A stretch of 64,000 bases of DNA. Origin: a virus. Position 1 is the stretch's first letter. Each line of letters opens with the position of its first letter. The translations under genes and the position numbers were made by a program. Location of the stretch: positions 64,001 to 128,000 of the IMG/VR virus record IMGVR_UViG_3300022602_000029. One strand, written 5' to 3'. Positions 39,657 to 47,815 of the stretch are shown piece by piece. Under the pieces are notes generated by a model. It had not been told where the DNA came from and did not search any database. It saw only the letters and a list, made by a program, of their open reading frames with translations.

Positions 39657-40346
39657 ATGAACATAAGAGAATTCACACCGGGTGTAGAACTACATGACGA
39701 ACTCAACCCAAAGATCTGGGCGGGCGAAGAGCTCAAGCCCGAAGTAAGGTTGGCCCTGGAGCACATAGCACACAAGTTCATACTGTTCCTGGGCTTCCCG
39801 GTCAGGGTAGAAGATGTCATAATAACCGGTAGCCAGACCGCCTACACCTACACGGCAGCATCGGACATAGATCTACACGTGATAGTGGCCTTCAGCAATA
39901 TCCAGTGCGATCAACCCGTGCAGGAGCTGTTCGACACCAAACGCCAGCTGTGGAAAGCGGAACACGACATAGACATCTACGGTATACCAGTGGAATGCTA
40001 TGTAGAGGACACGGCCCGCCCGGTAGAAGGCCACAGCTACAGCATAGAACGCGATCAGTGGCTACATCGGCCTAGGCCTCTCAAGACACACGCCCTGCCC
40101 CCTGATGTTATAGCTAAAACCACAGCTTGGACACAGCAGATACGTGCGGCCATAGCCAGCAGGAACTTGGCTGTGATCGCCAAGACCAAGGCCATGCTGA
40201 AAGACTATAGGGCCCGGGGCCTGGGCAGGGAAGGTGAGATGGGCACGGCCAATCTGGTGTTCAAGACCTTAAGGAACAATGGCGTCATACACGACCTAAT
40301 GAAGAGCCTGAGACATTTGGAAGATCGCAAGCTGAGTCGCCGTTGA
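39657..40346 (+). CDS. Pol-beta superfamily nucleotidyltransferase
   Basis: IITGSQ...SDIDLHV (GS...DxD) with a downstream ECYVED; N-terminus MNIREF. Confidence 0.8.
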   Translation: MNIREFTPGVELHDELNPKIWAGEELKPEVRLALEHIAHKFILFLGFPVRVEDVIITGSQTAYTYTAASDIDLHVIVAFSNIQCDQPVQELFDTKRQLWKAEHDIDIYGIPVECYVEDTARPVEGHSYSIERDQWLHRPRPLKTHALPPDVIAKTTAWTQQIRAAIASRNLAVIAKTKAMLKDYRARGLGREGEMGTANLVFKTLRNNGVIHDLMKSLRHLEDRKLSRR

Positions 40347-40371
40347 CCCTAGCCAAATATCCCAGTATACT
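40343..40371 (+). promoter_or_regulatory. Sigma70 promoter, leaderless, for the nucleotidase gene
   Basis: TTGACC-N17-TATACT, then 6 nt to ATG 40378. Confidence 0.75.
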
Positions 40372-40377
40372 AGTAGT

Positions 40378-40881
40378 ATGAAAACACTATATCTAGACAT
40401 GGATGGCGTAGTAGCCGACTGGGAAACCGCCGCCCGCAGGTTCATGGACAACCGACAGGTGCCCGATATCAATGGCCGCTGGCCCGACGGTGAATGGCAC
40501 AAGATCCGCGACAACAGGCACTTCTATAGAGATCTGCCTACCATGCCCGGAGCTGAAGACTTGATCACACTGGCACGACAGTTCCGAGACCAAGGGGGCT
40601 GGAGGCTCTGTATGCTGACCGCCATACCACACAACAATGACATGCCCGATGTTTACCACGACAAGATCGATTGGATGCGGGATCGCTGGCCCGAGATACG
40701 TGTGCACTTTGGCCCCTACTCACATGACAAACAGGTGCACTGCCAACCAGGTGATATATTGGTGGACGATCGCCCCTCCAACATAGCAGAATGGCAGGCC
40801 AAAGGTGGCGTTGGAATCGAAGTTAAAAACAGGGATCTGGCTTCAGCCATAGAAATACTGAGGAGCCGCTTCAGGGCGTAG
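40378..40881 (+). CDS. 5'(3')-deoxyribonucleotidase (HAD, NT5C-like)
   Basis: YLDMDGVVAD, MLTA and LVDDRPSN motifs. Confidence 0.88.
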   Translation: MKTLYLDMDGVVADWETAARRFMDNRQVPDINGRWPDGEWHKIRDNRHFYRDLPTMPGAEDLITLARQFRDQGGWRLCMLTAIPHNNDMPDVYHDKIDWMRDRWPEIRVHFGPYSHDKQVHCQPGDILVDDRPSNIAEWQAKGGVGIEVKNRDLASAIEILRSRFRA

Positions 40882-40963
40882 AGAGCCCAACAAGCGCGAA
40901 GCGCGAGCGGTAAAAAAGATTTTTTCACTATCTGATTAAATACTGTGTTAAAGGAGATGAGGA

Positions 40964-41056
40964 ATGTTAGAGTTCTTTGCCGTGAGCCTAGTGGGTTTGG
41001 CCCTGCTGATCTTATTCATCGCTATCTTTAGATACTTTAGTGGAGATGATCAATGA
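40964..41056 (+). CDS. 30-aa single-pass membrane peptide
   Basis: MLEFFAVSLVGLALLILFIAIFRYFSGDDQ; RBS and TAAATA upstream; ATGA-coupled to the next ORF. Confidence 0.5.
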   Translation: MLEFFAVSLVGLALLILFIAIFRYFSGDDQ

Positions 41057-41187
41057 GATTCTGGAAAGTGACCTATCTGTTAGGCGACAGCGAAAATACC
41101 ACAGTGATAAGGGCCCTAAATCGTGCTATGATAGAACGTAGCATACCATCAGATTGGCGGATCGTAGGAGTAGAAGAAATAAGATGA
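41053..41187 (+). CDS. 44-aa hypothetical protein
   Basis: ATGA overlaps at both ends. Confidence 0.5.
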   Translation: MRFWKVTYLLGDSENTTVIRALNRAMIERSIPSDWRIVGVEEIR

Positions 41188-41450
41188 CACACAAGACTAT
41201 AACATGGCAGCTGGGACTGACTGGCACTGAAGTGAAAGAAGGCACCAAACGACTGAGCAAGTTGCACGTAGAGCTGGATAGATGGCACAAGGCCAATGGA
41301 TTCAAACAGCGTATATTCAATCTACAGATAACCCGTCCCTATACCTACGAAGCTGTGATAGACACGACAGATCCCAAGATCGAGCTGTTTTTAAATACTT
41401 TCCTACTGACCGCTGGCTCACAGTATACGCTGACAACTGTAGGCCAATAG
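41184..41450 (+). CDS. Hypothetical protein
   Basis: Start set at the ATGA overlap at 41184. Confidence 0.6.
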   Translation: MTHKTITWQLGLTGTEVKEGTKRLSKLHVELDRWHKANGFKQRIFNLQITRPYTYEAVIDTTDPKIELFLNTFLLTAGSQYTLTTVGQ

Positions 41451-41687
41451 AAACAGCGTACAAGACTTTTCCTGTCGGAAAGTGACTCCACAGAGATAAG
41501 CGTTGTGCAGAGTCCAAGTATCCCAGCACCATTCTCTATAGTGAGGACCCACGGAGCGTTCTAGCCAATCTTCTACGCTAGAGACAGCCTGCACCCAATC
41601 TGGTTGCCCATTGAACTCTATTATGGGCCAAGGTGCCACCGCCCGGTAGGGTAACCGTAGAGCAGGATGGTCATACAGTGCGGGCAT
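41418..41687 (-). CDS. Hypothetical protein
   Basis: TAAATA 5 nt before the ATG. Confidence 0.65.
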   Translation of the reverse strand: MPALYDHPALRLPYRAVAPWPIIEFNGQPDWVQAVSSVEDWLERSVGPHYREWCWDTWTLHNAYLCGVTFRQEKSCTLFLLAYSCQRIL

Positions 41688-41902
41688 GACTTTATTTACA
41701 CAGGGCCCGAAAAAGGTCAGGCTAGGGCAAAAAAATTGCTGTGCAAAATTTGCGGTGTAGGGCGATCTAGATCTAGGTGGTTTTAATCTAAGTCACTTTA
41801 GATTTAGGGGAAAAAATGGCAAGCTAGCTGTAGCTTTTACACAACAGCTTGTGCATGCACCTCCCCACCCCAGGGGCCCCTCGGGTGCCAGCAGGCAGGT
41901 CA

Positions 41903-42178
41903 TCAGGCCGTGCGCCTGCGGGCCTTGAACATATCCACCAGGGCAAGGTCTGCAGTAGCCAGGTGGGGCTCACGTCTCGTCACTGGCGCGGCAGCGCTGT
42001 CCTTAGGTGTGAACAGGTTGACCGTAGCTGAGGTAGCTGTAGTTATAGCACTAGCTGTGCCCACTACTAGCCTGTAAAGGGTCTGCGTGATCACTGTGGC
42101 CACGATCCCAATGCCCACTCCTGCTGCCATGCTGACGAACTCGTAGTAGTGTGCTGTGAGGAAGAGGTGTAACGTCAT
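41903..42178 (-). CDS. Small membrane protein
   Basis: Hydrophobic AAGVGIGIVATVI segment; GGAG RBS. Confidence 0.55.
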   Translation of the reverse strand: MTLHLFLTAHYYEFVSMAAGVGIGIVATVITQTLYRLVVGTASAITTATSATVNLFTPKDSAAAPVTRREPHLATADLALVDMFKARRRTA

Positions 42179-42212
42179 GTGGGACTCCTAGGGTTAATAG
42201 TTAAGGGCGATG

Positions 42213-42416
42213 TTAGATCGTATCGTCGATGACTTCTGCACTAAGGCAGTCGTTGATGTAAAGCACAGGGCCTTGGCTGTATTCACGCACGCCCACCATG
42301 CTGGCATCTACCGCACACTCGTATTCCATGTTCATGCTGATCTTCACGGGCAGAGTGGGATCGACCCTGCTTAAGATCTCTATCAGTTCTGCTACTGTTA
42401 ATGTATCGTTTGTCAT
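42213..42416 (-). CDS. Small acidic hypothetical protein
   Basis: Own promoter at 42445-42473 and an AAGGAGC RBS. Confidence 0.7.
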   Translation of the reverse strand: MTNDTLTVAELIEILSRVDPTLPVKISMNMEYECAVDASMVGVREYSQGPVLYINDCLSAEVIDDTI

Positions 42417-42486
42417 AGTGTGCTCCTTTGTTTGCTATGTATGTATTATACAGTCTTTTGGATGACCCGTCAAAGTCTAGGGTCTT

Positions 42487-42735
42487 TCAGCAGTCTGGAT
42501 CGAAATCGCGCCATTCATCGGCTTCGGTGGGATCTTCTTCAGGCGCTTCTTCATCCCAGATGACTTCTTCGTCGATCACGCCTAGATCCTCGACAGTGAT
42601 CTCACCGTCGGTAACCCCTTGGAATGCTGTGCGGAAACTCTGATGCTCAGCTAGGAAATCCAGGATCTCCTCTTTAGAAGTGCCCTCAGGAACTGTCAAC
42701 TCTTGGCTTAGGGTGGTAGTAACGATAACTTTCAT
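42487..42735 (-). CDS. Highly acidic small protein ending EADEWRDFDPDC
   Basis: Start set at ATG 42735, behind an RBS and a consensus promoter. Confidence 0.7.
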   Translation of the reverse strand: MKVIVTTTLSQELTVPEGTSKEEILDFLAEHQSFRTAFQGVTDGEITVEDLGVIDEEVIWDEEAPEEDPTEADEWRDFDPDC

Positions 42736-42787
42736 GTCAGCTCCTTTGTTGTTCATGTATGTATTATAACCCCAAATCCTAGTCCTG

Positions 42788-42988
42788 TCAACCTCTAAGG
42801 ACATTGAAGATGGAGTTCTGTAAATCTGCCACCTCATCGCTGGCGACATAGAAGTCTGTGCGGGGATCCCAGTACTCGCCTGCCTTTGGATCGTAGTACA
42901 GGACACGACCGTTGGGATAGTGGAATGGACCCTCTAGGCCCTTACGGCTAGTGAACTCCTGATTGTGCTTGAAAACGGTGTATGCCAT
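42788..42988 (-). CDS. Hypothetical protein
   Basis: RBS and promoter upstream; GRVLYYDPKAGEYWDP motif. Confidence 0.7.
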   Translation of the reverse strand: MAYTVFKHNQEFTSRKGLEGPFHYPNGRVLYYDPKAGEYWDPRTDFYVASDEVADLQNSIFNVLRG

Positions 42989-43061
42989 TGTGGGCTCCTT
43001 GTTGTCTATGTATGTATTATACTGCCAAAAAAAAGACCCGAGTCAACCGTAGGGTCTTTGA

Positions 43062-43271
43062 TCATTCTAGTGTTACCTGCACTGCTGCCGCTTCCCAGTC
43101 TCTGAGGGCGAATGTGGTGTTGCCCGCTCGTATCACCATAGCTGATCCCTTTGAGGCTGCGTGCAGCTTCCTCACGACTTCTCCTGGGATGAAACCCAGT
43201 TCCTTGAGCCGGTCATCACAGCAGTGTGTGATGCGTGCAGTGATTCCCAGCTCTAGTTCAGTGAGATTCAG
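43062..43271 (-). CDS. feoA: FeoA-like (SH3-fold) protein with a CTG start; not in the ORF track
   Basis: Translated by hand: (M)NLTELELGITARITHCCDDRLKELGFIPGEVVRKLHAASKGSAMVIRAGNTTFALRDWEAAAVQVTLE. RLxELGFxPGE and FALRxxEA match FeoA. Confidence 0.75.
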   Translation of the reverse strand: MNLTELELGITARITHCCDDRLKELGFIPGEVVRKLHAASKGSAMVIRAGNTTFALRDWEAAAVQVTLE

Positions 43272-43522
43272 ATGTCATCCTCAAGGGCTAGCTCATCTAC
43301 GGCTGCGTTGAAATCATCGATGAGGTCCTGCAGGCTCAGTTGTGATCGCTCCTTCTTGCGGCGCGGCTTCACTGAGCTACCCTCTTGATACACTAGCCAT
43401 ACGTGATCACAGCAGTAGCTTTTGCCTGTGATGCTGGGCCGACCGCAGGCCTTGCTGAGATCCAGCACACCCTCGCCCAGGTAGGTACAGGTGGATTCGT
43501 GATAGTTGTCATGTGTGCTCAT
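43268..43522 (-). CDS. Cys/His protein resembling the GcrA C-terminal domain
   Basis: C-x14-CG-x6-SYCxxH-xxx-VYQ pattern. Confidence 0.5.
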   Translation of the reverse strand: MSTHDNYHESTCTYLGEGVLDLSKACGRPSITGKSYCCDHVWLVYQEGSSVKPRRKKERSQLSLQDLIDDFNAAVDELALEDDI

Positions 43523-43782
43523 CGTGAGACCTTTTGTTCTAGTTCGTTGATCTGTCGTTGATATCTGTTGATCAGCTCGCGTTGTTCTACCATGCCTTTG
43601 GCCGCGTGATCTAGGGCATCTTCGTATCGAGTTGCGGCGTCATGCTCACCTTCCTGCCGTGCTATCCAATCGGCCGCCCAGAACAGGGCCAAGAAGCACC
43701 AGAACTGCCAACCCCAGGAAGGCACTCCCAGGCTATCGATCAGGATGCCTAGGGTGCAGTAAATGGCTATGCGCTCGATCAT
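43519..43782 (-). CDS. Membrane protein with a coiled-coil tail
   Basis: Hydrophobic, Trp-rich N-terminal half. Confidence 0.6.
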   Translation of the reverse strand: MIERIAIYCTLGILIDSLGVPSWGWQFWCFLALFWAADWIARQEGEHDAATRYEDALDHAAKGMVEQRELINRYQRQINELEQKVSR

Positions 43783-44645
43783 GTGCGTCTCATGCAGGTA
43801 GTCTTGGCCATAGCTTGCCAGTTGGTAGGAAAGGCTGCTCTCAAGTCGGCCAGCTTCAAGACCATGCGCAGGCTCAGCTCGCGTAGCTTGTCCTTGTGAT
43901 CTGTTATGAAGGCCAACAGCTCATCCCTTACAACGGGGTCGAACTCATATTTGTCCAGCATACCATCGCCTACGATCTGATTGATCCTTAGCATCTTTTC
44001 GCGCTGTGTGTCCATCTGGAGATCGATGTAGTGGCAGCGACTCTCCAATGCGTCCAAGTGGCTACGTAGCTTCTTGCTCTTGACGTGCTCGAACTTGATG
44101 TTAGTGATGAATATGGCTGAGCCCTTGAACTCGAAACGATCTGGGATGCCTTCACTGCGCAACATACGGCTGTCTGTGTTCCAGGCTATCCATCTCTTGG
44201 CGCTGGAGTCTAGGGCACCTTTGAGTATGTTCAGACTCAGCTCATCCAACAAGATCTGATCGCAGTCATCGAAGACCACTACGTTCTTCTCAGCGGCAAA
44301 CTCATATAGCTTGCTGTAGAGACCTAGTGCGCTCATGGCACCCTTCACGATCTCGTATTTGGGTTTGCGTTCGGCCAAGGTGTCAAACAGGCCGTCCTTC
44401 TGGAGCACAGCTTCTACGCCAAAGCTCTTGCCTACGCCTGGAGGGCCACTCACGATCATTGCACGCACGGTGCCTGACTTGACTGCCTTGGTCATGTCGT
44501 CTAGGATCGTGAATCTCTCTCTCAATCTCTCGATGATCTCTTGATCGCTCTCCTTGGCTACCTCACGCTCGCGTTGTGCGATGGCTGCTGTGTCGAACTC
44601 CAAGATCGTGGTGCCCGCTGTGGGCTTGGTGCTGGCTTTGGCCAT
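43779..44645 (-). CDS. AAA+ ATPase
   Basis: Walker A GPPGVGKS, Walker B VVFDDCD, ALESR. Confidence 0.85.
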   Translation of the reverse strand: MAKASTKPTAGTTILEFDTAAIAQREREVAKESDQEIIERLRERFTILDDMTKAVKSGTVRAMIVSGPPGVGKSFGVEAVLQKDGLFDTLAERKPKYEIVKGAMSALGLYSKLYEFAAEKNVVVFDDCDQILLDELSLNILKGALDSSAKRWIAWNTDSRMLRSEGIPDRFEFKGSAIFITNIKFEHVKSKKLRSHLDALESRCHYIDLQMDTQREKMLRINQIVGDGMLDKYEFDPVVRDELLAFITDHKDKLRELSLRMVLKLADLRAAFPTNWQAMAKTTCMRRT

Positions 44646-44710
44646 GTATTGCTCCTGCGTTGTTTAAAATCGTATTATAACATTATTTACTAGCCGAGTC
44701 AACCGCTAGT

Positions 44711-44824
44711 TTATCCAAAAAGGTATCGGGCCAAGGCGTTGCCCAGCACTACCAACATGATCGTGCAGGTGGCCAGGGTGAGAGCAGCCAAGAGTAGCAG
44801 GAGAGGGATTGGATCGTCTTTCAT
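44711..44824 (-). CDS. 37-aa membrane peptide
   Basis: MKDDPIPLLLLLAALTLATCTIMLVVLGNALARYLFG; TGATG overlap. Confidence 0.5.
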   Translation of the reverse strand: MKDDPIPLLLLLAALTLATCTIMLVVLGNALARYLFG

Positions 44825-44997
44825 CAGTAGGTTTCCTTGACTATGTAGTAGATATCGTCCGGGTAGAGTTCCTTGAATGCATCGGTCTTGATGTAGTCGT
44901 TCAGGGCCTGTGCATTCATGAACTTGCGATGGTACACTCCCACGTGCGTGTCTTTACGGCATACGGTTAGGTATACGCTTTTTGCGTGTCCGGCCAT
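44824..44997 (-). CDS. 57-aa hypothetical protein
   Basis: MAGHAKSVYLTV...IVKETY; TAATG and TGATG overlaps. Confidence 0.6.
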   Translation of the reverse strand: MAGHAKSVYLTVCRKDTHVGVYHRKFMNAQALNDYIKTDAFKELYPDDIYYIVKETY

Positions 44998-45194
44998 TAC
45001 TTGTTGACCTTCACGTTAGTTTTGAATGCTGCCCCGAGGATGACCACTGCAGCCCAGGTCGAGAAATCGTATGGGATGTTGAGTGCGGGGAATAAGGTGT
45101 TCAGGGCCCACAGTGTGAGGAGCGGACCGATGGCCACCAGTACGGCTACCACGACGATGGCTCCCAGGAGCTCTGCTAGTTTGTTTGTTTCCAT
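44997..45194 (-). CDS. Small two-TM membrane protein
   Basis: Start set at ATG 45194 behind an AAGGA RBS. Confidence 0.65.
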   Translation of the reverse strand: METNKLAELLGAIVVVAVLVAIGPLLTLWALNTLFPALNIPYDFSTWAAVVILGAAFKTNVKVNK

Positions 45195-45230
45195 TTGTTT
45201 TCCTTTAGTGTTACAGCGGGGTCTTGGCAC

Positions 45231-45479
45231 TTAGTAGTGCATAGGATGACCTACGTAGTTGTAGTCGTCCATAGGGTCTAGTTCGTCTTCAACTTCGGGC
45301 TCATACTCGTCATCAGGGAGCATGTTATTGCTCTCCATCATGTCGCCTACGTCCGCATCGCTCATGTAGCAGAGGCAAGCTTCTAATACTGTGTCTGCGT
45401 CTAAGAGACCTTCAGCTAGTAAGTCCATTAGCTTGACTGTGTTCTTGCGTGCCACGCTGCCGTTGTAGTATTCTATCAT
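45231..45479 (-). CDS. Acidic small protein ending DDYNYVGHPMHY
   Basis: Own promoter and RBS. Confidence 0.7.
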   Translation of the reverse strand: MIEYYNGSVARKNTVKLMDLLAEGLLDADTVLEACLCYMSDADVGDMMESNNMLPDDEYEPEVEDELDPMDDYNYVGHPMHY

Positions 45480-45583
45480 CTAGTGCTCCTTTTACTGCTT
45501 AAAAACTTATTATAACGCATTCTGTCCAAAATGTCAAATGCGCTGTAATAAGCCCTTATGGGCTGTAGGGTTATTATATAACA

Positions 45584-45739
45584 TTAATCCACGTAGTAGT
45601 CAACCGTTTGCAATAGTGTGCTCATTGCGTTCTCTAACTCGTTAAAGCACTCCAGTTCCGCTAGTTGTACCCCATCGCATGTTGCCTCCAACAGCATAGC
45701 TTCCACTTCCGCTAGTTTAACAAGTATTGCATCTTTCAT
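45584..45739 (-). CDS. 51-aa acidic protein
   Basis: MKDAILVKLAEVEAMLLE...VDYYVD; own promoter at 45759-45787 and RBS. Confidence 0.65.
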   Translation of the reverse strand: MKDAILVKLAEVEAMLLEATCDGVQLAELECFNELENAMSTLLQTVDYYVD

Positions 45740-45822
45740 TTGTGCTCCTTAAAAACTTATTATAACGCATTTTGGCAAAACTGTCAAATGCGTTATAAAA
45801 AGCCCTTACGGGCTTAGTGTTA

Positions 45823-46008
45823 TTATGCGTCCAGTTCCATTTCCTCTATGTTAGTAACAACATCTTTCAGTCCGTCCTCTAACGCCTCTGCTATTAAATT
45901 ACGCTGTGCTGTCTCAGCGTTAACTCTGCTACTGTAAACGCCTGTATTATAAAAAGCGTTCTCATCGTCGCCCCATCCCAGCACTTGCACAATGTAAACT
46001 TTTTGCAT
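45823..46008 (-). CDS. Small acidic hypothetical protein
   Basis: AAGGAGC RBS; promoter at 46035-46063. Confidence 0.65.
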   Translation of the reverse strand: MQKVYIVQVLGWGDDENAFYNTGVYSSRVNAETAQRNLIAEALEDGLKDVVTNIEEMELDA

Positions 46009-46108
46009 GCCAGCTCCTTTGTTAGTGTAAGTGTATTATACAATAAAAAAGAAACCCGCACAAATGGCGGGCCTTTGGGAGTGTGGCCCAAAAGCCACAC
46101 CACCATGA

Positions 46109-46714
46109 TTACTCGTTGACTGCGCTCACACCTCCGTCTAGATCGATCTCTTGATTCTCCTCGTCTTCATACTCGGCAATCGTTTCTGATATCGCAAACA
46201 TCTCATCGAGATCCTCGGGGATGGCATCCTTGACTTGATCGCTAGTCATGTCAGAGAGATTGTAGCCTTCATCCCCGTCTGCATCAAACACGCCACAGAA
46301 GGCCATTCCGGATTCATAGTAATAGGCCTTTACACCGAACCCTAGATCAAGTAACCTTTCGTAGGCAGCGATAGGAGGGGCCCAGGCACTGTCAAAGTAA
46401 AAACTGACGCTGTTAGAATCTAACCTAGTGATACTGCCATCATCACCCCCGACGTCCCACTTAGTGCCCCACTCGTTGACACAATAATCATACCAGTTTT
46501 TGTAACCGTGTTTGATCTTGTTGTCTAGCTCTTTCTGCTCTAGTGCCGCCTGCTCATCAGGATCTCCCACACGGCCTGCCACGATCTGTAGATCGGATGG
46601 GATAGGAATAAACTCATCGAGCAGTCTACTATCAGCAAATGCTCGTGCCGCACGCTCGATCATCTCTGGGTCTGTGTGGGTTAACTTGAGGTTGTTGTTA
46701 CACCAGTTTGGCAT
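46109..46714 (-). CDS. YubB/Api92-like ferredoxin-fold protein (DUF1281-type)
   Basis: MPNWCNN, WGTKWD, FDSAWAPP and YYESGMAFCG motifs. Confidence 0.75.
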   Translation of the reverse strand: MPNWCNNNLKLTHTDPEMIERAARAFADSRLLDEFIPIPSDLQIVAGRVGDPDEQAALEQKELDNKIKHGYKNWYDYCVNEWGTKWDVGGDDGSITRLDSNSVSFYFDSAWAPPIAAYERLLDLGFGVKAYYYESGMAFCGVFDADGDEGYNLSDMTSDQVKDAIPEDLDEMFAISETIAEYEDEENQEIDLDGGVSAVNE

Positions 46715-46723
46715 AGGATCTCC

Positions 46724-46885
46724 TTAAATGGTTGAAGTGTCTATTATACTGTCTGCTAGTAAGACTGTGATCTCATAGGCTTTTTTACAACGGAATCTCG
46801 CCTGCGCTTTTTGCTGTGCCTCATAGGAGCTCGAGGCCTGGACAGCGATCTCCTTGCCGCGATATAGGCAGATGTAATCTCTCAT
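46724..46885 (-). CDS. 53-aa hypothetical protein
   Basis: MRDYICLYRGKEIAVQASSSYEAQQKA...; AAGGAG RBS. Confidence 0.6.
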   Translation of the reverse strand: MRDYICLYRGKEIAVQASSSYEAQQKAQARFRCKKAYEITVLLADSIIDTSTI

Positions 46886-47067
46886 GCAGTCTCCTTTGGG
46901 GTCATAAGTTTACGCATATCTCTCATAAACAAACGGATGGCTTCTGCATCCGGTGCGAACAGTTCATCCCTGAGATCCCACATCTCTGTGGCCGCCATAA
47001 GGATGTCACAGTTGGTGTTTTGCTCGGCATACGCTTGTACTCTCTCACACGCTTCTGCTATTAACAT
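46882..47067 (-). CDS. Small hypothetical protein
   Basis: GGGAGC RBS and a TATAAT upstream. Confidence 0.6.
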   Translation of the reverse strand: MLIAEACERVQAYAEQNTNCDILMAATEMWDLRDELFAPDAEAIRLFMRDMRKLMTPKETA

Positions 47068-47159
47068 AAGTGCTCCCTTTAAAAGTAATATTATAGCGTC
47101 AAATTAGATTGGACTTACATGGGCGTGGCTAAAAAGCCACTTGGTCCCAATGCCTGGTA

Positions 47160-47345
47160 TTAGATATCGTATTGGTCAGCGTACCATTCGTCGTCGATCA
47201 TGTTCTGGCGATTGCGGAACTCGTTGTAGTCACGCTCGTCTTCAGCCATGTTTTCCTCAACTTGTGCGCCTGCTTGGTCTAGTGTGAGACCTTGTGCTAA
47301 CAGCTCTGCGATCTGTGCGTTGTACTCTTCCTGGCTATAAAACAT
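47160..47345 (-). CDS. Highly acidic small protein
   Basis: Own promoter at 47372-47400 and RBS. Confidence 0.65.
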   Translation of the reverse strand: MFYSQEEYNAQIAELLAQGLTLDQAGAQVEENMAEDERDYNEFRNRQNMIDDEWYADQYDI

Positions 47346-47408
47346 AAGTGCTCCTTTGTTGCTATGTGACGATTATACTGCCAAATAATACCCGAGTCAA
47401 CCGTAGGG

Positions 47409-47663
47409 TTAATATTCGTAGAACTCAACCGTAGGATCCAAGGCCTTGAGCTCTGCGGCCACTTGTGTCAGTTGCTTGTAGCGGCGCTGGACTTCACTGC
47501 GAGGTAACTCACCATCACAGCTAAGGTTCTCAGGGCTTAGTGCCGCATCGATGTGTGCAGCGAGTTGGCGGCGGCCTACTGCTGTAGTGATCTCATACTG
47601 GCGGCCGTTGAACATGGCGTTCCACTTGTTTTGCTGGGCGATGTAGGCTTTGAGTGCTGTCAT
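47409..47663 (-). CDS. Hypothetical protein
   Basis: Own promoter at 47684-47712; LSPENLSCDGE motif. Confidence 0.7.
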   Translation of the reverse strand: MTALKAYIAQQNKWNAMFNGRQYEITTAVGRRQLAAHIDAALSPENLSCDGELPRSEVQRRYKQLTQVAAELKALDPTVEFYEY

Positions 47664-47775
47664 ATGTGCTCCTTAAAAACATTATTATACTGCCAAATAA
47701 TACCCCAGTCAACCTTAGGGTCTTTCTCTCAGTCCTTCCCTGCACGCTGCGTCGTGAAACCTGATGACATGGTCG

Positions 47776-47815
47776 TGAAAAAGCCCCAGAGATCCAACGT
47801 TAGGATCCTGGGGCT
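47776..47815 (-). terminator. Intrinsic terminator downstream of the wHTH gene
   Basis: On the minus strand: AGCCCCAG-GATCC...GGATC-T-CTGGGGCT followed by a T-tract. Confidence 0.75.

Noticed and set aside
46743-46771. Additional cassette promoter upstream of the YubB-like gene
   Set aside because: The TATAAT lies inside the 46724-46885 coding sequence and the -35 position (ATCACA) is poor.
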